From a virus: 64,000 nucleotides of DNA. Positions 25,609 through 36,758 of the stretch are shown in pieces (position 1 is the stretch's first letter; each line of letters begins with the position of its first letter). The stretch spans positions 1 through 64,000 of IMG/VR virus record IMGVR_UViG_3300047393_000086. The stretch is one strand, 5' to 3'. A program made the translations under genes and the position numbers. Below the pieces are notes generated by a model. It searched no databases and was not told where the DNA came from. It saw only the letters and a list, made by a program, of their open reading frames with translations.

Positions 25609-28230
25609 TTAACCTAAGTTACCTGATTGAATTTCTCCAGTATTTAGGATTGTTGTTCTATGAACTACGATTTCTAAACCTTTAACTGGTTCAACATAAG
25701 TATCGATAATACCCATATTGTTATCGATAACTTCGTTAGTATTGTTAGATTGATCCATTACGTTTTTAAATTCGTAAACTCCACCGTCTTGTTTAACACC
25801 TTCTAAGAATGAATCTGCTAAAGTTTTAATTTCAAGTCTAGTTTGAACATTGTTAAATTCAAATACGTAATCTTTAAGAATATCTGCCATACCGTCTTGG
25901 ATATAAATAAGGGCTTCTCTAACGTGAGCTGAAGAAAGCGCAGATTTAATAGATTGCTGTGCAGTTTTGTTTCCTAAGATTGTTAATCCAGTTCCTCTTT
26001 GGAATACAATTGGATTGATTCCGAATGGTTCTAGAACGTCTCTATCATTTTTATCAAATGCATATTCAGTTCCTTTAACGTTTGTACCAGATACAACACC
26101 ACGTCTTGGACCAGCAACGATTGACCAAGGTAAAGCGCTAGTGTATTTGTCCATGTAATTGTTTGAAACATACGCAGCTGCTGGAACAATAATATCTTTT
26201 CCATTGTCGCTTACGATTAAACCAGGTCCGTAGTAGAACGCATAGTTTGCTCCTTCAGCGATACTTGGTAAAGAGTAAACTTTTGTAGGGTTTTTATCTT
26301 GATTACCTCCGGTTGCAATATACGCGGTGTTAAATACTCCTTCTGAATCAGTAAATGATGGATCAAATGATTTTTTAAAATCTTCAATAGTAGGTGCATT
26401 TAAAATAGCAGATGCATTTTGTCTGTCTTTTGCTAATTGAGAAAGATTACGTTTGTTATTTAAACCGTTTGTGTCGAACGAAGTAAATGTATCAACAATA
26501 TATCTAAAATCGATCATATCTTTATCTACTAATGCATCATATAAACCGATACCACCTGAAAGAACAGATAAATATTGGCTAATAGTTTTAACAGTAATCT
26601 CAGCTTTTGGTAAAACAAAAGTTTTGTAATGATCAGATGCATTTTCAAAAGATTTAATAATTCTATCAGAATAGTCTGGCGTAATGTCTGTAAATACTTC
26701 GAAAATAGTTTTCAAATTATTATTTGGATCAATTTTCTTAGAAATTCTACTAACTCTTGCAAGTCTACCAGATGTTGCTGAATCTACATAATCTCCAGGT
26801 ACAATTGGGAATGCGAATGCAGGATTAAGATTTGAAATAGCTGATGTTAAATAAGATACTGTAAAACTAGTACTTCCATTTAAACCTGCTGTTAAAACTC
26901 CATTATAGTTATCTCCAAATGTATATGGAGTTACTCTACTATTTGAAACATGTAAGAATTCTAATTCTCCTGTAGTTCCAGATAGAGAAGAGTATGATGT
27001 GCTAATGTTTGCATTACATTCGATAGTAATTGTTCCTAATGCCGGTGAAAGACCAACTGCTGGTGTAGTTTCTGCCCACGGTAAAGTGTTTGTAATTAAT
27101 GTATATTCATTAGCAACTGCAGATAATAAAGAATCTTCTCCTTCAACCGCCTTAAGTGCTTCAACTTCAGTAATATTATCAATTACCAAAGTATCTCCAT
27201 TAACTGTGATTGTTTCATCTCCGGTTAATTGGATTGGGTGGTGTACGTGTACTTCTTGACCAACTACATGTGATAACAATTCGAAATCTTGTGTTTCATC
27301 TGCAATGTGACCAATAAAATCAACTTTAGTTCCGTTTTCGTCAAGTACTGCATCTTCATCAACAGCACAGAATAAACCAGTTCTTCTAGCTTCAGTGTTA
27401 ACGATTGATTCAATATATAAGTTTCTACCTTCAAGATCTTTGAATCCTGGTAAAATAGATCCAGTGTATTGTGCGATTAAGCTAACTTGTCTTAAGTTTG
27501 CAAATTCGTTTAATTTAGATTTAATTAATCCAGCTGATGTAAAGTATGCTGAGTAAATTGGATCATTTGCCATTGTAGCAGCATCAAATTCTCCTTTAAA
27601 TACAAATACGTCAATCATGAAATCTGACATTCTGTCAAATTCGTTTAAGTATTCAGGAACATTACCTTCACCGTACCATTCTCTTGCAGTTAAATCAAAT
27701 TCTTTAACTGAAGCAGCTTGTCTTACGATAACTGTAATTGAATCTTGTTTGATGTTTACGAAATTTAAGATGTTGTTATCACCATTTCCAATTTCTGCTA
27801 AAGTTGCAGAATCTGAAGGTGTCATAAATTTATCATTGTCGAAAAATTTATCATAATCACCGCTACCAGATACTGAAGTATTACCATCAATAGAACCATT
27901 AGTTGAAATCGATTGGTAATATGTAATATCGTCTCCTGTCTCGAATTTCGCCAAGTTCAATGCTAAGATTGGACCTCTTGAAAGAGCTTCGACACAAGAT
28001 CTGTGGAAAAACATTCCCTTTTTTTCTAATCCTTTATCAATTGAACCAAAAACATTATCGAATGTTTCCTGTGAATCAATTAAAACTGGAGTGTTGTAAG
28101 GTCCTTTTCTAGAGTGACCTACTACTAATCTAAGAGTCTCAACGTTAATGTTCGCTGTTTGAGATTTGTCAAACTCAAGTCTATAAACTCCTGAGCTCTT
28201 AAAATTTAATAATTGCGGACTTAGTGCCAT
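25609..28230 (-). CDS. Tail sheath protein (gp18-like)
   Basis: SSGVY N-terminus, PWSIVAGPRRG, INPI, GNKT..SALS..HVR, MDQSNNT.EVID. Confidence 0.92.
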   Translation of the reverse strand: MALSPQLLNFKSSGVYRLEFDKSQTANINVETLRLVVGHSRKGPYNTPVLIDSQETFDNVFGSIDKGLEKKGMFFHRSCVEALSRGPILALNLAKFETGDDITYYQSISTNGSIDGNTSVSGSGDYDKFFDNDKFMTPSDSATLAEIGNGDNNILNFVNIKQDSITVIVRQAASVKEFDLTAREWYGEGNVPEYLNEFDRMSDFMIDVFVFKGEFDAATMANDPIYSAYFTSAGLIKSKLNEFANLRQVSLIAQYTGSILPGFKDLEGRNLYIESIVNTEARRTGLFCAVDEDAVLDENGTKVDFIGHIADETQDFELLSHVVGQEVHVHHPIQLTGDETITVNGDTLVIDNITEVEALKAVEGEDSLLSAVANEYTLITNTLPWAETTPAVGLSPALGTITIECNANISTSYSSLSGTTGELEFLHVSNSRVTPYTFGDNYNGVLTAGLNGSTSFTVSYLTSAISNLNPAFAFPIVPGDYVDSATSGRLARVSRISKKIDPNNNLKTIFEVFTDITPDYSDRIIKSFENASDHYKTFVLPKAEITVKTISQYLSVLSGGIGLYDALVDKDMIDFRYIVDTFTSFDTNGLNNKRNLSQLAKDRQNASAILNAPTIEDFKKSFDPSFTDSEGVFNTAYIATGGNQDKNPTKVYSLPSIAEGANYAFYYGPGLIVSDNGKDIIVPAAAYVSNNYMDKYTSALPWSIVAGPRRGVVSGTNVKGTEYAFDKNDRDVLEPFGINPIVFQRGTGLTILGNKTAQQSIKSALSSAHVREALIYIQDGMADILKDYVFEFNNVQTRLEIKTLADSFLEGVKQDGGVYEFKNVMDQSNNTNEVIDNNMGIIDTYVEPVKGLEIVVHRTTILNTGEIQSGNLG

Positions 28231-28283
28231 AATTTTAAGTGTATTTTTTTTCTTTTATTATATATCCTTTTTTTGGATGGAGA

Positions 28284-30116
28284 TTACAATAAATCGTAAA
28301 TATCGTATTGCATATCACCTTGAACATCATTGTCTTTATAAAGAATTTTCTCCATAAGATCATGTTTTTCTGGTTCAATAACATCCAACAATTCTTCGAC
28401 ATAATCTGCGTAATCTGTTGTTCCAAAAAATTCAGTTGCAGTAATACAGGTCATGATAGTATCATCATTTCCCATTTGAGCTGCATAACTTCCGTTTTTA
28501 ACGGTTCCAAAAAGACTGGCTTCCTGTACTGTTGTTATATCATTTATTTTAATTCTGTTTGTTTCAATCAATTTTTTAAAGTTTTGACAGAAAATTGCCT
28601 TATTATCTGACTTAAGTCTAAGTCCAGCCTTTGGAACTTTTGAGTCATGTCTATGTTTAAATCTAAGTACCATTTCGTCCTCAAAATCATTTCTACCTGG
28701 GAAAACTGTTGAAAGATATTGTAGCAAAATACTTCCATAAGTATTGAACTCAATAACCATTTTAACGTTTTCTGAGTTAAAAACATCAATTGCTAAAGTA
28801 TATAATATTTTTGCAAAATCTTCAATTGGATGTTCATTACTTCTAAAAACAGCAACTTGATTAATCATAAAGAAATCGTACATTGCACCTGGTGTAATGA
28901 AATTTTCGATATGTTTATCCTCCATTGGTTCAACCTCAAACACGTTAATCACCGAGTAATCACCGCCGTTTCCTTCTGCAATATCTACAGAAAATAAATA
29001 GTATCTGTCAGATTCTGCAGCCGCTTCAATGTCAAAGTCTGGATCAAATGATAAGAATCCTTCGGTATCGATATGGATATTTTCAAAATCTTCCAAATCG
29101 TGCCAAATAAATTTCTTTGCATTTTTACGGATACTTTTCATTGTACCTGGACTTAGCAATAAACTCGATGAACTTGTAAATTCATTTCCATATTGTCTAT
29201 TAAATGCATCTTCTGATCCAAGGTTTCCAAGTTCTCTTTGGTACCATGCATCATCTCGATCTGGATGTTGCCACCAATCGATTCTGGTCGCTTTATATTC
29301 GTTTTTCCCCTGTTCAGCATCGGCAAAGATTTCATAGAACTTATTAAATCCATTTGGTGTAGAAGTAATATTGATTCTTGAAATTTTAGATGCAGAAAGT
29401 GTAGGATAAACGTTTTCATAAAATGAATCCACGATTGTTGGGTGAACGTGCGCAAACTCATCAAGATATAAATTATGAATCGTAAAACCAATACCGGATT
29501 TTGCAGTTGTTGACTGTCCAACCAAACGACAACCATTATCGGATCTAACGTTCATAACGTCATATTTGATAATTCCCGGTTTCATAAAGAATGGTAAGTT
29601 TTCAATAACTACCTTTGCTTTGTCAATAATCTCCTTTGTTGATTCAGATTTATTCGCTAATAATAATGTGGTTTTGTCATAATTAAATGTCAAGTACCAT
29701 GCATTAAAAATGGAGGCGGTTACGGTTTTACCCATCTGTCTGGATGCCAATACAATATTAAATCTATTATGTTGGAAATCTCTTAATAAGTCCTTTTGAT
29801 ATTCTCTAAGTTTTACTTTTTGAACCCCATTATCAGTCATTACAACTGCATAGGTTTCAGCAAAATATACAATATCATTTGCACACTTTGCAAGTTCTGC
29901 AATTTCAGCATCTGTATATTCAAATACAATATTACCCTTTCTTAGAAATTGTTTACCTTCATAAAATGGAAGACTCACTTGTGGTCTATAACCTTTATCA
30001 AGAGCAACTACTAGGTCATTAACTATTTTTGTCGACCATATTAGTTTCTGAGAATCTGCATTTGCATCTTCAGCTGGAATCCATTTATTGTCTCCTACGT
30101 AATTATCATTTGCCAT
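28284..30116 (-). CDS. Terminase large subunit (gp17-like)
   Basis: LREYQ, SRQMGKT Walker A, YLDEFAH Walker B, TSTPNG, DIAEG..GDYS, NDD. Confidence 0.95.
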   Translation of the reverse strand: MANDNYVGDNKWIPAEDANADSQKLIWSTKIVNDLVVALDKGYRPQVSLPFYEGKQFLRKGNIVFEYTDAEIAELAKCANDIVYFAETYAVVMTDNGVQKVKLREYQKDLLRDFQHNRFNIVLASRQMGKTVTASIFNAWYLTFNYDKTTLLLANKSESTKEIIDKAKVVIENLPFFMKPGIIKYDVMNVRSDNGCRLVGQSTTAKSGIGFTIHNLYLDEFAHVHPTIVDSFYENVYPTLSASKISRINITSTPNGFNKFYEIFADAEQGKNEYKATRIDWWQHPDRDDAWYQRELGNLGSEDAFNRQYGNEFTSSSSLLLSPGTMKSIRKNAKKFIWHDLEDFENIHIDTEGFLSFDPDFDIEAAAESDRYYLFSVDIAEGNGGDYSVINVFEVEPMEDKHIENFITPGAMYDFFMINQVAVFRSNEHPIEDFAKILYTLAIDVFNSENVKMVIEFNTYGSILLQYLSTVFPGRNDFEDEMVLRFKHRHDSKVPKAGLRLKSDNKAIFCQNFKKLIETNRIKINDITTVQEASLFGTVKNGSYAAQMGNDDTIMTCITATEFFGTTDYADYVEELLDVIEPEKHDLMEKILYKDNDVQGDMQYDIYDLL

Positions 30117-30117
30117 A

Positions 30118-30798
30118 TTATTCTGTAATTTCTACGTCCTCGATTTCACTTTCGTTATCATCAATACCGGCTCTAATCATTCTCATTAAGTCCTTTGAAC
30201 CTCTTTGAATGTTTCCGGAAGATGAATCTCCACCTGAAGATTCGATTTCTCTAATATCATCTTTTTTACGGTAGATTTCAATATCTTTTGCAATTCTTTT
30301 GGTACTTTCTTCAGTTGCCATTAGATACATTGTTTGAGATTTAATTATATCTAGCATTGATTTTTGAAGAGTTGCAAGAACTTCAAACATTCTTGGTGCA
30401 ACTTCTCCATCTTCAATTGCTTCTAACAGGGTTGTTAGTGCTCTTTCACCGGCTTGTAATTGATAAACTAATGAACTCATTGTCATTTCGTCCATCTTCT
30501 TTTTAGCCTGGATATATTCGTCCTTTTCAATAATGTCAGCATCAAGATAAAATTTCATTAGGGCTGAAATTGTTTTCTTTGCTTTTTTAGTTGAACTTTC
30601 TTTAAGTTCACTAAAAGACATATATGTTTCTGGTCTTTTTGCCGGAAGTTTTGGATCTGTTTCAATAACATCTGAAATCTCAGCGGAACTATCTCCACCG
30701 ATCAATTCATCAAGATCCCTTCTAATATCTTCAGCTTGGTCTTTTATACTTTTATTTTCTGACATAATTTGTGTTTTGTTAGATAGTATATGTATCAA
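30118..30798 (-). CDS. Putative terminase small subunit
   Basis: Directly upstream of TerL; PRMFEVLATL motif resembles gp16. Confidence 0.55.
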   Translation of the reverse strand: MIHILSNKTQIMSENKSIKDQAEDIRRDLDELIGGDSSAEISDVIETDPKLPAKRPETYMSFSELKESSTKKAKKTISALMKFYLDADIIEKDEYIQAKKKMDEMTMSSLVYQLQAGERALTTLLEAIEDGEVAPRMFEVLATLQKSMLDIIKSQTMYLMATEESTKRIAKDIEIYRKKDDIREIESSGGDSSSGNIQRGSKDLMRMIRAGIDDNESEIEDVEITE

Positions 30799-30800
30799 TA

Positions 30801-32765
30801 TTATCTGGCATTGGCAAACTTCTGGAATCCTAGAGATGGTATTGCATTATCAATAACTTGAGCCAATTGATTGTCTCTAACAACATATTGATTTAATACA
30901 TTTGAATGTTGTTCATATTCGATTGGTTTATTAAATACTCTAATGTTAGTCATGAACATATCATTTCCTCTTAATCCAAAATTGGTGTTGTTGTTCCATG
31001 TTAACGGAGTTGTCATTGGTCTAGTTTCAACAAATTCTTCAATTAAATTATTTGAAGACATTTGAGGTGTTATAATTTGACCAGGTGTATTTACATTAAA
31101 GTTACTATTAGGATCTAAACTATAAATTGAAACTCCTAATTGAGTAAATGTATTATTAACATTGACAACATAAGCGTACCATTTATTCGAATTGAATGTT
31201 ATTCCATGTGTGAAATTTTCAGCTACTCCATTTACTTTAAATATAAATGATGTATTAGTCAAGGCAAGTTTAAAACCTGTTATTGCAGTACTATCTCCAA
31301 ATAAAAAGTATTCGTTTGTTGATGTTGTACTAAATTGAGGAGAGAACCAACCTGTAAAAGCGGCATCTTTTCCAAGCTCAAGCTTTGATGGCGCTTCATA
31401 AAATAAAGCATTTTCATCTAATGGGAATGTAGACAAATCATAATAATTTTTACTAACAACAGTCCATCTATTTTTAAGATCGTAATCCTTGATTTTAAGT
31501 TTTCTATTAACAAATTCTCTGATACCATCTCGATATGTTGTGATAACTGATTGGAATTGTTCTTGTTTTAAATTTTTAGAATATTCTTCCTGAATCTTTT
31601 CTCCAAATATTTCATCGATTCCAGTTACTAACGCATCAGTTGCTGCATCAAATTGACCTTTAATAACATCAGTTCTATCTTGATATTTAACCAATTTAAC
31701 TCTCCAATAAGAATGGGATCTATTAAATTCATCTGCTAATGAAACTGAACTTATCTCATACATTCTATTAATAATTGGAATAAACATATAGTCCTTATTT
31801 CTAGGATATTTTCCAGCACCAAAATGTGTTTCAAATTCCTCTGCTGTTATATGAACTTCAAAATCTTCAAGTTCAATTCCAAATATATCATAAGTGTTTG
31901 CTTCAGTCGGGAATTCATTATCAGGAACCAATATCTTTATTGTTTGATTATCTACAACATTGTGTAGAGAATATTCCATAAGAATCACATCAGTTGTTCT
32001 CAGATCTGGTTCTGTTTTAAAATAATTAACCTCATGTCCGAATATGTCATTAACAATGTTCGTTAATTGTTTGTATATTTTAATTGATTTTGTTAGGGCG
32101 TATGGATTAAATTGATTTCCTGTTCCGCATGAAACTTGAATATTTGCGCAACCATTCATTGCAAATGGATCTGTGCATTCAACACAAAAGTTTGGACATG
32201 ATTCTATAATACCATCAACAGTTTCGATAGTATAAGTTATTGACAATAATGATATTGAAGTTCCGGGAATAATTCCAGCAACTTCATTTTTTACATCAAT
32301 CCATACTGGCTTGCTTGTGTCAAATGTAAGTGCTAATAAATCTCCAAATGATTCATTATGATTCAATGGACTAAATTCAGAATATAAGTAACCGTCCTGC
32401 GACCATCTATATTCATATTCAAAAAAATTATCTTCGTTTGCTGGACGATAGTATTGAAGGCCATTACCAGTTACTGTTAAAGTTTCTTCGACTACAAGTT
32501 CCAATGGGGAAATAATAGATTCAATTGTATATTCTATGTTTCCGATAATAATAATATCGCCTATTTCGAAAATTTGTGTAAACTGCGTTCCGGAACCTAT
32601 GATTACATTTTCTCCAGCAACCACGCTGATTGTTCCAGTCATAAAAGGGGTTTTAAGTCCTACTAGAATTTCCCAGTCAATAATTTTTAAAGTATTTGTG
32701 TATGGCGCTTGTAGAGATGCTATGAAAAAATCACCATATGCACTTGCAGTATATCCTGTTACCAT
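30801..32765 (-). CDS. Neck protein (gp14-like) with additional domains
   Basis: IFGHEVNYF..FGIELED..I....FE....P...D pattern in the middle region. Confidence 0.55.
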   Translation of the reverse strand: MVTGYTASAYGDFFIASLQAPYTNTLKIIDWEILVGLKTPFMTGTISVVAGENVIIGSGTQFTQIFEIGDIIIIGNIEYTIESIISPLELVVEETLTVTGNGLQYYRPANEDNFFEYEYRWSQDGYLYSEFSPLNHNESFGDLLALTFDTSKPVWIDVKNEVAGIIPGTSISLLSITYTIETVDGIIESCPNFCVECTDPFAMNGCANIQVSCGTGNQFNPYALTKSIKIYKQLTNIVNDIFGHEVNYFKTEPDLRTTDVILMEYSLHNVVDNQTIKILVPDNEFPTEANTYDIFGIELEDFEVHITAEEFETHFGAGKYPRNKDYMFIPIINRMYEISSVSLADEFNRSHSYWRVKLVKYQDRTDVIKGQFDAATDALVTGIDEIFGEKIQEEYSKNLKQEQFQSVITTYRDGIREFVNRKLKIKDYDLKNRWTVVSKNYYDLSTFPLDENALFYEAPSKLELGKDAAFTGWFSPQFSTTSTNEYFLFGDSTAITGFKLALTNTSFIFKVNGVAENFTHGITFNSNKWYAYVVNVNNTFTQLGVSIYSLDPNSNFNVNTPGQIITPQMSSNNLIEEFVETRPMTTPLTWNNNTNFGLRGNDMFMTNIRVFNKPIEYEQHSNVLNQYVVRDNQLAQVIDNAIPSLGFQKFANAR

Positions 32766-33172
32766 TATTGTTCCATTTTTTTATTAACATCATCTTGTGG
32801 TGTATAAACTTCGCCAGCAATCCATGATGCTACAAATCCTGTTAATGAAACAAAGTATAATGCAAGTTCTCCAATATTTGCCTTAAACCAAATTGCTCCG
32901 GCTCCAGCTATAGCCCAAATTATAACTACAACATAAATCATAACCTCTCTTCTCGAGTTTGGTCCTTTTTTAAAGATTGCAGTTTTTTCGCTTGGACGTT
33001 TTGCTTCAGCCCAAATATATGTTGCAGCGTATGCTGTAAGGGATCCAAAGTAGATTGCAAGATCTGCAAAACTAGCGGTTTTATAGGCTCCTAAAAGTCC
33101 CATAATTACCCATAAAGAAACTATAATGTAGACTAGTCCCTCTCTCTTTCCAAAATTACTAAAAAATTTCAT
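32765..33172 (-). CDS. Four-TM membrane protein with internal duplication (holin candidate)
   Basis: Two copies of RE..Y....W...G......LA.YF.SLT.....I..E. Confidence 0.6.
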   Translation of the reverse strand: MKFFSNFGKREGLVYIIVSLWVIMGLLGAYKTASFADLAIYFGSLTAYAATYIWAEAKRPSEKTAIFKKGPNSRREVMIYVVVIIWAIAGAGAIWFKANIGELALYFVSLTGFVASWIAGEVYTPQDDVNKKMEQ

Positions 33173-33211
33173 TGATAACAGTATTTTTATACTGTATATA
33201 TTCTTGAAATT

Positions 33212-33856
33212 CTAGTAGTCTGTGATTAATAGGATTAATGAGTTCTCAACTTCCATTTTCTGTTCTAATATGTCGAGAATATCGAGAACAATTCCAGCAT
33301 TGTGGTCATCTTCTCCATGTGATTCAACGTACATATCAATCTTTTCAGAAAGTTCACTTGCAAAAACTCTATTATAAGGTTTTTCTGGATAGAGAATTCC
33401 TAACTCTTCAAGAATTTTATTAACGTGAGGTAACTCTTCTTCGTCATATAAGTCAAATAATCGTAGGGTTGCTGTGATTACTTTAAAACTAAATTGAAGT
33501 ATTTTCTTACCCTCAATTTCAATCATTCGACTATAAGTTTTATCTTTATTTAAGTTGAATTTAACGTACTGTAGATTTTCCATTTCTAAGCACATTTGAT
33601 ACAAAAAGAAAACTGAATTAATTTCTTTATGAACAACGTCAGAACCTAACGTTTTAATTTTGTTAATTGTTGAAAGATAATTAGTTTCAAGAATTGATTT
33701 TAACTGACTCGAAGATGTCATAATAGAATCTTCAGATACCTGAATAAAATCAGCTTGATTATGAATTTGCGTCCATAATTTATTATCGATGTAGTTATAT
33801 TTGTATAGTGTAACGTCTACTGCGGTTGGCATTAGACTTAAATCGAATTGCTCCAT
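33212..33856 (-). CDS. Hypothetical protein
   Basis: Long ORF in operon. Confidence 0.65.
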   Translation of the reverse strand: MEQFDLSLMPTAVDVTLYKYNYIDNKLWTQIHNQADFIQVSEDSIMTSSSQLKSILETNYLSTINKIKTLGSDVVHKEINSVFFLYQMCLEMENLQYVKFNLNKDKTYSRMIEIEGKKILQFSFKVITATLRLFDLYDEEELPHVNKILEELGILYPEKPYNRVFASELSEKIDMYVESHGEDDHNAGIVLDILDILEQKMEVENSLILLITDY

Positions 33857-33867
33857 AAATTTACATA

Positions 33868-34296
33868 TTAGTAAACTTGCATAGAATCTTCTAACTTTTG
33901 TAAAGTTAAATATAAGTCTTCTTTAGCAAATTTTTCAAGTTCTTTAAATTCTCTCTTGCCTATTTCATTTCTTTCCATAAAAAATGAGATAGCCTCTTCT
34001 GATGGTATATATTTGCTTTTTGAAGTTACTTCTTTTTCGGGTTTTTTAGTTTTTGTATAGATCCAACCTGGAACACTTTTAAATCGTGCAGCAACAAGCG
34101 ACCAACTATCAATAACGGCGATTGGATTGATTCCATTCTTATTAAAGAATTGGGCATTTGAAGGATATTGAATCGCAAAGAAGCGATTAATCATAAAATG
34201 ATGTCGCTTCTTATTATGATTCGTGATTTTTTTATAATCGTTCGGCTTAGTGAACATTATTTTAATAAAATCAAACAGTTTTGTTTCGTCTAACAT
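33868..34296 (-). CDS. Clamp loader small subunit (gp62-like)
   Basis: LFDFI...FMINRFF pattern; near gp44. Confidence 0.55.
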   Translation of the reverse strand: MLDETKLFDFIKIMFTKPNDYKKITNHNKKRHHFMINRFFAIQYPSNAQFFNKNGINPIAVIDSWSLVAARFKSVPGWIYTKTKKPEKEVTSKSKYIPSEEAISFFMERNEIGKREFKELEKFAKEDLYLTLQKLEDSMQVY

Positions 34297-34444
34297 GTGA
34301 TATGGCTTTTTCGAATACTTCGAGTCTATTGTTATGAGTTATATGCGTTTCTTCAATTTTGTTTACTTCAGTCATGAGCTCATCAAAAATACCCTCTTCA
34401 TGTGCTTCAATCAATAATTCAATTAAAATATCCTCGTTTGTCAT
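34271..34444 (-). CDS. Small 57-aa hypothetical protein
   Basis: Manual translation MTNEDILIELLIEAHEEG...; fills the gap. Confidence 0.5.
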   Translation of the reverse strand: MTNEDILIELLIEAHEEGIFDELMTEVNKIEETHITHNNRLEVFEKAISHVRRNKTV

Positions 34445-34445
34445 T

Positions 34446-35738
34446 TTAAAATAATGTATTTAATTGTTTGGTTTCTGGTAATTTATTAACATCATCAAGT
34501 TTTAAGGTTGCAAATGGATCGAATCCTTTTGGAGCACCTTTACCGACAGATGTAGTAGAACTCCATTCAGTTCCTTCTAATATCTTTTCCATCTGAGTCA
34601 ATCCAGACAACTGCGGCTCAACACTGAAGTCTCTATCAATTTCATTATAGATACTTTTTAATATTCCCTCAGGTATTGTGTTATAGTGTAGGAGCATTAA
34701 GTCTAAGTTCTGATTGAAACGAACGCGAATTTCTTCGATAGTTGATTTGCCAACAACCTCATGAATTAAAGAAACTATAGTGTCAACTTGATTCGATGAA
34801 AAGAAATGGTCAATATGGAAATTACCTTCAGTTTCTCTGTATTTTTCAAGAATTTGAAGAGCCTGTTTTTCAGTGATTGAGTAGTTTCTAATAGAACCTG
34901 AACTTGTACGTTTAGTCCATGTAACAACTGACTGAATATTATCGCTTTTGTCACCTTGTAAAATCTTTGAGAAGATAAAATCATCACAATTGATTTCTTC
35001 GATTTTGACAGTATTTTTAATAACCCATGATTGGAAATCTTCTTTAAGCTTGTCATTCATAACTTCATTAGAAGACATGTTAAATAACATATCGTCATTA
35101 CTCATTGATGATGTTCCACCATTTTCTAATAATTCTTGGAATCCTTCAAATGCTAATAATTTTCTTTGAGAATTATAGTACCAAAGGGTATATGCATCCG
35201 TTGCTTTATTATAGTCAACTAATTGAATTAAATCACGGTCACCAGTCCAAACAATACAATTTTTACCTTCATTGTTTAATTGAGTCGACCATCCGAACAA
35301 GATATCGTCAGCTTCAGCGCCTGGCACTTTATGGATAATTACTCCACGTTTTGCTAGAATATCTTGGAATTCTGTATAAGTATTAAATACATTTTCCCAG
35401 TTAACTGAATTATCAGATACTCTAGTACCTTTATATTCGGCAGCAGGGAATAGATCCTTACGCCATGATTTTGAATCTACAGCAACTACGATTTGGTCAA
35501 CAAATGGAGTTAACTTTCTAACTTCTGATGCAAAGTCAATACATAACTTTCGCATAAATTGTTCTTGACCATCACGATCTCCTAACAATTGTTCTTTTTT
35601 AGGACGAGGTAACACGAATAATCTACTGTGGACAAAGTAGTTACCATCGATAATCAAGGTATGTTTTCCTAATTTCATAGTTCTATAATTTATTTGTAAA
35701 TATAAACAAAAGTTTTGACGCGGTAAAACTTTTATCAA
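34446..35738 (-). CDS. rnh: 5'-3' exonuclease/RNase H (T4 rnh-like); true start probably Met at about 35678
   Basis: IIDGN, SWRK....YKGTR, EADD, GDRDLIQL, GDKSDNI. Confidence 0.88.
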   Translation of the reverse strand: MIKVLPRQNFCLYLQINYRTMKLGKHTLIIDGNYFVHSRLFVLPRPKKEQLLGDRDGQEQFMRKLCIDFASEVRKLTPFVDQIVVAVDSKSWRKDLFPAAEYKGTRVSDNSVNWENVFNTYTEFQDILAKRGVIIHKVPGAEADDILFGWSTQLNNEGKNCIVWTGDRDLIQLVDYNKATDAYTLWYYNSQRKLLAFEGFQELLENGGTSSMSNDDMLFNMSSNEVMNDKLKEDFQSWVIKNTVKIEEINCDDFIFSKILQGDKSDNIQSVVTWTKRTSSGSIRNYSITEKQALQILEKYRETEGNFHIDHFFSSNQVDTIVSLIHEVVGKSTIEEIRVRFNQNLDLMLLHYNTIPEGILKSIYNEIDRDFSVEPQLSGLTQMEKILEGTEWSSTTSVGKGAPKGFDPFATLKLDDVNKLPETKQLNTLF

Positions 35739-35745
35739 TTTATTT

Positions 35746-36717
35746 TTAGTTTCTTACAATTTCTTGTATTTTGTACACACATGATAGAAGTGTAATAACT
35801 GGATCTATCACTAATGTTCTTTGAGCTTGATGCTCGGCAACACAAATAGCAATTTGTGGAATATGTCTAACGCTTTGAGCCCTTTCGGTTTGAATATACT
35901 CAATAAATTCTTCGCCAAGAGTTTGAAGTACATCATCAACTCGATTTCCGTATTCTCCAACAATATGTTTATAGTTTTTGATTGGATCCATTTCGTTAAA
36001 AATTAGATCAAATACATCTTTATAAACAGAGTTAAATTTCTTAACATCCTCTGTCGTGATATTTGTTGTTCCTTGCGTTTTATAACCTTGTAGCTTATTT
36101 AATGTACTACGAAGATCTGGAAAGTTACGACGAACGAATTCAACCAATGCTGGTTTTTCAATTGTCATTTCCTCTTTTCCACAGATTTCATAAACACGTT
36201 TAATGTATTTCTTTGTCAATTCAGATTCTTCTGCTTTATCAAAGTCAAAATTAATCACTTCAAATCTGGAAAGAATTGGATCTGGAATTTTATTCACGTA
36301 ATTACATGTTGCAATAAAACGAGAATTCGATGCAAATTGTTCCATTGTAGCACGAAGTGCTTTAAAAAATTGATCAGAAACTCCATCAACCTCATCTAAG
36401 ATAACTACTTTGAATTTTCCTTGGTCATCTAAAATTGACATAGTTGAACAGAAATCTGTAATTCTTGTTCTAATTACATCAACTGAAGTATCAGTTGAAG
36501 CATTGATATAAATATATGGAAGACCAAACTGTTGAACAATTGCTTTTGCTGTTGAAGTTTTTCCTGTACCAGGACTTCCAGCCAATAACATGTTTTGTGA
36601 TAATCCATCTTTGAATTTTGACATTACTCTTTCTGGTAAAATCAAATCCTCTAAATTTTTTGGACGGTACTTTTCTGTAAATAGCGCGTGAATCATATAT
36701 TGCTTGTTTTTATACAT
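35746..36717 (-). CDS. Clamp loader large subunit (gp44-like)
   Basis: EKYRP, GSPGTGKTS, ILDEVD, SRF. Confidence 0.92.
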   Translation of the reverse strand: MYKNKQYMIHALFTEKYRPKNLEDLILPERVMSKFKDGLSQNMLLAGSPGTGKTSTAKAIVQQFGLPYIYINASTDTSVDVIRTRITDFCSTMSILDDQGKFKVVILDEVDGVSDQFFKALRATMEQFASNSRFIATCNYVNKIPDPILSRFEVINFDFDKAEESELTKKYIKRVYEICGKEEMTIEKPALVEFVRRNFPDLRSTLNKLQGYKTQGTTNITTEDVKKFNSVYKDVFDLIFNEMDPIKNYKHIVGEYGNRVDDVLQTLGEEFIEYIQTERAQSVRHIPQIAICVAEHQAQRTLVIDPVITLLSCVYKIQEIVRN

Positions 36718-36758
36718 ATTATATAGGCAATATTAAATATGTTTCAGATAAATATCTT